The notes beneath the pieces were generated by a model that saw only the letters and a program-made list of their open reading frames with translations, ran no database searches and was not told the origin of the DNA. Shown in pieces: positions 36,915 through 64,000 of a stretch of DNA of 64,000 bases. The translations under genes and the position numbers were made by a program. The DNA lies in contig JAQGDQ010000991.1 in NCBI GenBank assembly GCA_030141605.1, positions 8,366 through 72,365 of the forward strand. Reading direction: 5' to 3'. Each line of letters opens with the position of its first letter. The stretch's first letter is position 1. This stretch comes from Tubiluchus corallicola (taxonomy: Eukaryota > Animalia > Priapulida).

Positions 36915-37480
36915 TGCCACTGAAGAAAAAACATCTGGGTTTTATAGTTACCAATGATTTAAAGTGGAATGCTCGTGCCAACAATATAGTGTCACAAGCT
37001 AATCGACGTATTGGCATGATTAAGCGATGCGTCATTTCATGAAAAGTGTTTTTGATCATCCGACTTTGTAAAGCTGTTTTGTCCACCTTATTCTCAAAGG
37101 TGCATGTGTTGTATGGTCACCACGGTATGCAATACTTAAGATACGAACTTGCTTGAGAAAAAACACAACACAGATGCACATCTCGCAAGTGATATTAACC
37201 AATCAAATGTAGTAATTCCGGAACAAACTATAAGAAACTGTTGAATTGAACAATTGTTATAAAATCTTCAATATCCTGCAGGAAAATTATTTCTTTTCTT
37301 GATATTCTGAAGCACATTGCGGACATCATTCGAAACGGTTTGATCCCGATTTCCGGGAACCAACATCTATTCTCACTTTTTACTCTTTTGTCACCAATCC
37401 GCGGAACAAACTGCCAACTGCAACCATAGATGCACCATCAGTCAACTGTTTTAAGAAATCTTTGACAAGGTACTATAACC
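36915..37480 (+). mobile_element. Degraded CR1/L2-like LINE, RT C-terminal region
   Basis: KHLGFIVTNDLKWNARANNIVSQANRRIGMIKR, then frameshifted downstream motifs (..VVWSP.., ..NKLPTATIDAPSVNCFKK). Confidence 0.7.
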
Positions 37481-37864
37481 GTCGTTAACCGAGTCTAACT
37501 CTAGGTCCCTACACTCAGTAAATTAGTAATTTGTATAAATAAATTTGTAAGCTAAACTACGATGAAAGTAATTTTACTTAGTTACATATAGTGACCCAGA
37601 CGTTGCCAACGATAAAATTATCCCTGTAACAGTGAAAGTAAATTAGTAATATTATTAAATACATTTTCGTGAATATAGACCAATTATACATACAACAACC
37701 GAGACATTGCCGGTAGACCCAAGTTATTATTGCAGTGACACTGAAAGACAAATTCAAAGTTAACAACGACTACACTGCACTAAGTCCATAGCAAATTAAC
37801 CTGCAATTTGCGAACATTGAATAGTTACTTCGGTAAATCCTATTTTCTACTGTAAAATACTCAC

Positions 37865-38070
37865 CGGCTGACACGGTGTTTTTAGTTAAAATGATCTGAC
37901 AATAGGTGGCGAAAATAATCCGCAAGTTTTTCACCTGCAGATGGAGCCAGGTTTCGTAGAGCGTCATGGCAAAATAAATTTTGTAGATTTAGTAGGAAGT
38001 GGGACCATATTTTGACAGTACCAGAAGCGTTTTTGTGTATGATGGTCGATTTTTGGAAACACAGGTGTGC
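37865..38070. promoter_or_regulatory. Putative bidirectional promoter/first exons between head-to-head PNPO-like and PAM genes
   Basis: Minus-strand donor CCG|GTGAGT at 37865, plus-strand donor CAG|GTGTGC at ~38064, ETS-like GGAAGT at ~37995; inference only. Confidence 0.35.
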
Positions 38071-38951
38071 AGAAAGATAGTAGCTAAATATATTAAACTA
38101 AATACTATCAGTGTTCGTCTGTTTATCTGTGAACGACTGATTTTAATTAGTTTTATTTGTGATACATCTGGTAATAATACTGTTTTATAAAACCTGTACA
38201 CGTTACCTATACAGTAGTATTACGGTACTAGGATATGTTTAGGAATGCGACACTTTTTTATTTTTATGATGTTCAGTGTGGCACATTTCAGTAGTTTGTC
38301 GTTTTAGCTTCTCCGTTATTGTTAGATTGCCAATGGGTTGTAAATTAGAAGAAATTCAAGACAACTTCTAAACTAGCCATTCTTGTATATAGCTTACTAT
38401 AGGGTGTTACTAGGGGTCACCAGCTCGCTGATATAATTTTTGGACCTATTTCAAGAAACAAGTCCATCGGTTAATCCTGTCAAGCATCGTCATCATTGTT
38501 GTGGATGCAATAAAAAATTGTGCGAACAATGTTTGTGTGTGCTGCAGGTTCTGGTTTTACTTTATTTCTTTAGGTTTGGTGATGCCAGCCACGAGTGCCA
38601 ATTTCGGTTGGTAGAAATTTTGTTTCAAAACTGTTATTGTTTTCTTTTCTGTGCCATTAGCTAAGCTATGTAGACTTGCTCTCTTCATGTATATGAGCTA
38701 ATATGGTAAAGTGGATTGACTCTATTTACTGTGGATTAACATAAATCGACAGGTTGAAGCCTATAAGTAGCCTTTTTGCCCATAGTTGGCTCTCTTGATA
38801 AACCTATTAGTTGTTTTATCACTCGCATTTTATATTTATGTTGTCTATCTAAAGTTGTCTGTCTTTTTTAGTTTTAATTTATCTTTTTCCATTTGCCATA
38901 ATCAAATAATACATATATATGAGAAAATACAAAATACCATATTAAAAGTAG

Positions 38952-38991
<40 letters not shown>

Positions 38992-40499
38992 GTTGTACAT
39001 ACAATTAATTAGTAATCTTAATGTCAATCATTAATGATGTTATAATCCCACAATTAATTAAACTTTGATACCAAGTTTGACGGACAGGAAATGTGAAAGC
39101 CAGAATGTAGCTTGGATTTGAACTAGGGACGTTCTGTTCATGTCGCACATGCTTAGACCGCGATGCCACTGCATTCCTCAGTAGTCAAGGCAGTCCAAAG
39201 TTCATCACTTATAGCTGGCCAGTCATAAGGGACCTTGTTTGTGACTGAGAGAAATATTAGGCTCTACTGTTAAGAGGCAAAACAAGGTCGTTGTTTTCCT
39301 TTCTACATTTGGATCCAGTTGAAAAGTTTATGACTTGGTAGATCTGTAAAGGTTGTTAAAAATTTTGTATTTTAGTGAAGTTATGCCAATTAGCAGTTTA
39401 GAAAAATTGTGGAGTGCTGTTATAATGAGTTTCTTGTACAGACATTACTCAATTTGGCTGAAGAGTGAAGACTGGATAAGTTTTTATTATCAGCTAGTGG
39501 ATAGTGATGAAGATCTATGTATCCATCTAAGTTTAACAGTAGATACATAGTCAGAATTAATTTCTTGCAAACTCATTTCAATAACATTGATTTTATTAAA
39601 CTGTCAGCCATCTCGTTCAGCTTCTAGATCACATCGTTCTTTTTATTAGAGGTCATTTGCTCATGTCAAACAATTGTTTCATCAGCTAGTACACTTGATT
39701 TGCTCATACCAAACTAACACGTCAGTGGCTGAGCTTTTTATCTCAACACTCGTCAAATGGAACTTTCTGTTTGTGTGTTGAAAACTAGCCTTTGTATATA
39801 TTGCTATTTAAATAGGAAAAGTATCTTTTTCCGTATGAATCAAATAATGTGGAACTTGATGCCACCATGCTTTTGACATTAATAAAAGCATTCAATTTTT
39901 ATAAACCCGTTTGCTGCGTTTCGCTTGTTCAAAATGCATGTTACCCCAAGGGCAGTCACCTAGTATTTAATGCATGTGTGGAGCTGACTAAATTACAATA
40001 ACAAAACAGGTCATTGTGTAACATATTTTACTGACAAGGCTGTGATATGAACGTGGATAATATTGCTAAGTGCTGTAAAGTTTACTTAGTTGTATTGGAA
40101 TAATAATGCCTGTGGCAGAAAATGATAAAATAGTAAGGAGCTGTAGATAGTGCAGACTAGTCAGTTGTGTGCATTTAATCACACATTATAACTAAGTCTA
40201 GAGACTGTAAAAAAATGTAAAATGAAAATTGCTTTTTTTCTGGTTTCTAGTGCTGCTCATCTTATTTAAAGGACATATGTTGGTGATTCTTATGTACTAG
40301 AAATAATACAAAATGTTAGTATACACATATGTTTCTCAATGAGACAAAAAACTTTTTGGGCTTGTTTTTCATGAGGCAGTGCCTTGTATTGTTCTTTGTC
40401 TAAAAAAGAAAAATTATAAAAGAGTGTACTAAAAAGTTTAAATCTACAAACTTTTCTGTTAATTTATACAATTTTTTTCAACTTAATTTAGACTTTATA

Positions 40500-40925
40500 T
40501 TTTATAGTTAAAAAACACAACTTTATTACAAGTTTTACATTAAACAGTTAAAATCATGTCAAATGTTTCGACAGGCTGCTGCTGTCATCATCAGTGGTAA
40601 ATTTACAAACATACAACCAGTTTAGATAGCCAGAGCCTATTATCCACTAATTAAGTAGTTAACAGAAGCCAAATAGGAAATGAATAAGCAGACCAGTAAA
40701 AAAATTGATAAAGGATATTACTCGTCTACTTGTTCGTTACCTATTTAGCTTCTGTTGAATACTTAACTAGCTGATAATAGGCTCTGCCTACATAAATTGG
40801 TTGCATGTTTGTAAACATTTACCACTGATGATGACAGCAGCAGCCTGTCGAAACGTTTGACATGATTTTAACTTTTTAATGTTAAAGTTTTAATAAAGTT
40901 GTGTTGTTTTTAACTATAAATGTTT
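40500..40925. mobile_element. Palindromic Penelope-like pLTR fragment with hammerhead cores on both strands
   Basis: ~200-bp inverted arms; same family as 36332-36598. Confidence 0.7.
40821..40861 (+). ncRNA. Minimal type I hammerhead ribozyme core (PLE-type)
   Basis: ACCA-CTGATGA-T-GACAG(CAGCAGC)CTGTC-GAAACGTTTG. Confidence 0.6.
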
Positions 40926-41063
40926 TTAAGTGTCTGTAATAAAAATTGACTTTATATTTTAATTACATGAACATTGTGTTTACTTTCAGGATTTAAGAAT
41001 GGCATAGAGTCTTCACTAACTCTGAACTCAGCAACAATTATTTGCTTAGGAGTCACATCAGTC

Positions 41064-61332
<20,269 letters not shown>

Positions 61333-61524
61333 GTAAGTTTTGTTTCGGTATAAACAATTGAATCTTTGTTTGCAGAACCTCATATCAGTGTAATATGTAG
61401 GAGTGAATTACATGTACGACTGCATATTTCATTGTCATTTTCAGATCTGTGTTATTTTAATTTGAATTTATATTTCTTCTTATCTTTTGCTGGTTTACTA
61501 AGCTTCTGCAAAACTAAGACACTT

Positions 61525-61810
61525 TGGCAAGGTTGCATAACTGCCTCCTTAAGATAGCTAGATGACTAGGTTGTATAACTGGCTTTTTAAGAAATCTAGA
61601 TGACTAGGTTGTATAACTGGCTTTTTAAGAAATCCTGATGACAAGGTTGTATAACTGACTTTTTAAGAAATCTAGATGACAAGGTTGTATAACTGGCTTT
61701 TTAAGAAATCCTGGTGATAAGGTTGTATAACTGTAACTGGTTTTTTAAGCGCTGTAGATCACATGATTGCGTAACCAACTTCATAGCAGCTGTAGATGAC
61801 AAGGTTGTCT
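61525..61810. repeat. ~38-bp minisatellite
   Basis: GATGACTAGGTTGTATAACTGGCTTTTTAAGAAATCTA. Confidence 0.85.
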
Positions 61811-62587
61811 TTGCCTGGCTATATTAACTATCATGTAAAAGTATAGCATTCAAATAGTTTTTGAACGCTTTGCTTTGCATTGCATATGTATTCACAAGAC
61901 AGAGAAACTAAAGAAGCTGGTTTTGAATGTAGGAATAGAGCCTAGAGGTAAAATCATGAAATAATGATCTGTTGAAGTTGTTATTATTCGGAAAAGATGA
62001 ATTTAACTATATTGCTAACTGTAAAATATTCCAATGCATACATGACTTTATATTACGTGCTAAACGCTTCCAGAGTAGTTTCTATCTGATACAAAATGCA
62101 TCAGTCTTAAATAATCGTACATTAATATTTTCTAACCATCATTTTCTGCTAATGTCTAATATATTCTTGTAGTAAAACTTGTCAGCTTTTAATGTTACTA
62201 ATGTCTAATGTAATCTTGTAGTAAAACTTGTCAGCTTGTGTAGTTATAGTCTATTCTTACTGTAAATGTTTTTGTAAATAGTGTATAAAGTCTGTTGTGG
62301 TGAGGATCCTAAATCATGTTGTTCAAACTGTCTGATCCAATCCTAAATAAATTATGTTTAAACTAAGGTAAAAGCACTTATAGGCCATGTCTGGGTGTTT
62401 ATCAAGTTTGAAGAAGCACATTGAATACTGCATATACAACTTACATTTCAACTACACCATCTTGTTTACACTTGTACTGTAGCTAATCTGATTCAATATA
62501 GTAAAAATGGTGCATATTAACCAATGGCATGCTTAAGTGACACTAGCATCATACTAACAATATTGTTAGCCAATTAAGAAATGGTTT

Positions 62588-64000
62588 GAGGGAGGTAAAT
62601 ATGTTTTAAAGCTTTGTAAATGTTTAAAAGCCGAATGGCGGAATATTTAAAATCAGTTGAAATCAAAGTTTGTTTATTTCCACTGGTTAGCAGGAATGTT
62701 TAAATTTTTTCAATGCACATTTTGACTGCTTTGTTTTTAGTTTCACATTACTAAATTATCGAATAATTATCGATTATTCTATAGTCTCTATTTGGTATCA
62801 TGAACGTGTATGTTCTGATAATTATAGTACAAGCCGCAACACTATTCGGTTGTTAATACGCCAATTTGGTGGAAAATTCGATACTTTTTAGCCTCCATTA
62901 CAATGAGTATCATACAGTGACAACCCTGGCCGCATCCTGCGTTCCCCGAGAGAATGATGCTATAATAATTATTGTGTTGTTTGTTATAAATAAAACAAAA
63001 TACTCTTTTATGTGACTGCGTCAAGTAAGTATATGAACGTACAAACAAATTATAAAATTTCCGGATAGGTGCGGATAAAAAATATTATCCGTGTGATTAG
63101 ACAGAAACAGAAGTATTTTTATTGTCGGCCCAAGCTGAAAAAGGTAATGATACATCTGCGTTCACGACTCGCGTGCGCGCATGGCAGCTGGTCGCACCTA
63201 AAATAGAATACTTGCTCTCAAGATATAATGATACACTAGACACACGTTCGCAACTTCAGATGCACGACTGCTTGCGAGAAATAGGCAGCCATTCTATTAT
63301 TTGAGCAGCTGTTGCTCACGTGCGTGATGTCAGCAATGCATCAGCCAATCATGTGGCGAGATGACGTCACTTTTATACTGTCAATATCGAAATTTAGTGT
63401 TCTGACGCTCAATTAAAGGCGTAACCAAATCAACTAATTCACTGAACACCATTCGTAAAAAATCTTTATATGCAAAATGGCTGACTGGATGACCTTTTGG
63501 TGGGCTTGCTATCCTCTCTTCTGTTCACTTATTACTAGCAATTAGACCCTATTTACCTGTATACTATTCATCTATTGAACGCCTGCAGACTGAACCTCTC
63601 CTCTTCACTTATTACTAGCAATTAGACCCTATTTACCTGTATACTATTCATCTATTGGACCCTTATAGACTGAATCTCTCCTTTTCACTTTCTACCAGCA
63701 ATTAGACCCTATTTACCTGTATACTATTCATCTATTGAACGCCTGCAGACTGAACCTCTCCTCTTCACTTATTACTAGCAATTAGACTCTATTTACCTGT
63801 ATACTATTCATCTATTGGACCCTTATAGACTGAATCTCTCCTTTTCACTTTCTACCAGCAATTAGACCCTATTTACCTGTATACTATTCATCTATTGAAC
63901 TCCTGCAGACTGAATCTCTCCTCTTCACTTATTACTAGCAATTAGACCCTATTTACCTGTATATTATTCATCTATTGGACCCTTGCAGACTGAATCTTTC
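62588..64000. mobile_element. Inverted second copy of the 56065-58157 element (truncated by window end)
   Basis: Starts GAGGGAGGTAAATATGTTTTAAAGC, the reverse complement of ~58133-58157; 80-bp array from ~63525. Confidence 0.8.

Overview
AT-rich, intron-rich animal (invertebrate-like) genomic DNA; the taxon cannot be fixed from sequence alone. I assembled three genes by reading splice sites and phases by hand. (1) A + strand M13 (neprilysin/ECE-like) type II membrane zinc peptidase with 20 traced exons, 6339-31351; its start exon was not found. (2) A - strand PNPO-family gene with an intronless CDS, 34936-35649, lacking the signature Arg/His. (3) A + strand bifunctional PAM (PHM+PAL, neuropeptide amidation) from 41064, running off the window end. 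Introns hold many unrelated minisatellites, MITEs (Mutator/foldback-, piggyBac-, hAT- and pogo-type), LINE/SINE relics and Penelope-type palindromes carrying hammerhead ribozyme cores. The most interesting signal is a tandem pair of apparently mutually exclusive exons in the PHM catalytic core (47983-48053 and 48381-48454) that would swap the strand thought to line the substrate pocket. Most ORFs in the supplied track are repeat-derived noise.
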